Of a DNA stretch of 64,000 nt, positions 63,531 to 64,000 are shown one piece after another; the first letter of the stretch is position 1, and the number at the start of each line of letters is the position of its first letter. The DNA lies in assembly GCF_004010195.1 (NCBI RefSeq), contig NC_057749.1:20970373-21034372 (forward strand), in the 5' to 3' direction. Source of the DNA: Chiloscyllium plagiosum. Its lineage: Eukaryota. The notes below the pieces were generated by a model that was not told the DNA's origin, ran no database searches, and saw only the letters and a list, made by a program, of their open reading frames with translations. The translations under genes and the position numbers were made by a program.

Positions 63531-64000
63531 TAACATTCTGGTGACATAAGTTCAAATCCCATTGTGACAGCTGGTGCAAGTTAAATCCAATTCAGAAATC
63601 AGGAATTATCAGTGTTGCTAACCATGTACCCACATCAACTGTCCTACTCAAAATGAATATGTCCTAAATTTGTCTCAATTATTTCTTTAGTTTCTGACAG
63701 TCAGTAAAATGGTGCTGAATTGTGGCGACTTACACGCATCTCACTGTATTTTCAGAAAAACAAGTGACAATAAATTGCTCTTCTATTTACAAGATTCTCT
63801 GGATCACTATTGGTCCTTATCCTGTCTGGCCTACATGTGACTCCAAATCCACAGTAATGTAGCTGACTCTTAACTGCTCTCTGCAAATGGCCCAGCAAGC
63901 TACTCAGTTAAGAACATAAGAACTCGGATCTGGAGGAGGCCATTCAGCCCCTCGAGTCTGTCCCACCATCGCTTATGATCATGATTCATCTTTCTGGCCT

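Noticed and set aside
63172..63579. Overlapping 80-135 aa repetitive ORFs on both strands
   Set aside because: Artefact of the stop-free 20-bp minisatellite.

Overview
Repeat-rich vertebrate genomic DNA, most likely from a shark (elasmobranch). The basis is abundant HE1/V-SINE-type SINEs, HER1/CR1-type LINEs, DeuSINE-like relics and Penelope-like elements (PLEs); the species cannot be fixed from sequence alone. Most of the window is transposon debris: two CR1-clade LINE lineages, a Rex1/Babar 3' end, a Gypsy gag relic, a hAT-Charlie transposase relic, a Tc1/Tigger-type MITE, minisatellites and two N-gaps. Two things stand out. (1) A minus-strand multi-exon gene model (about 35983-54296, 10 phase-compatible GT-AG exons, about 426 aa, with a KRVTF PP1-docking-like motif) that I cannot assign to a known family. 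(2) Many PLE pseudo-LTR derivatives with minimal hammerhead-ribozyme cores (CUGANGA-stem II-GAAA) from at least three sequence families. Several are short head-to-head palindromic insertions with 11-17 bp target-site duplications, some with a hammerhead on each strand, and one subfamily carries a non-PLE spacer. All calls were made by eye and repeat boundaries are approximate.
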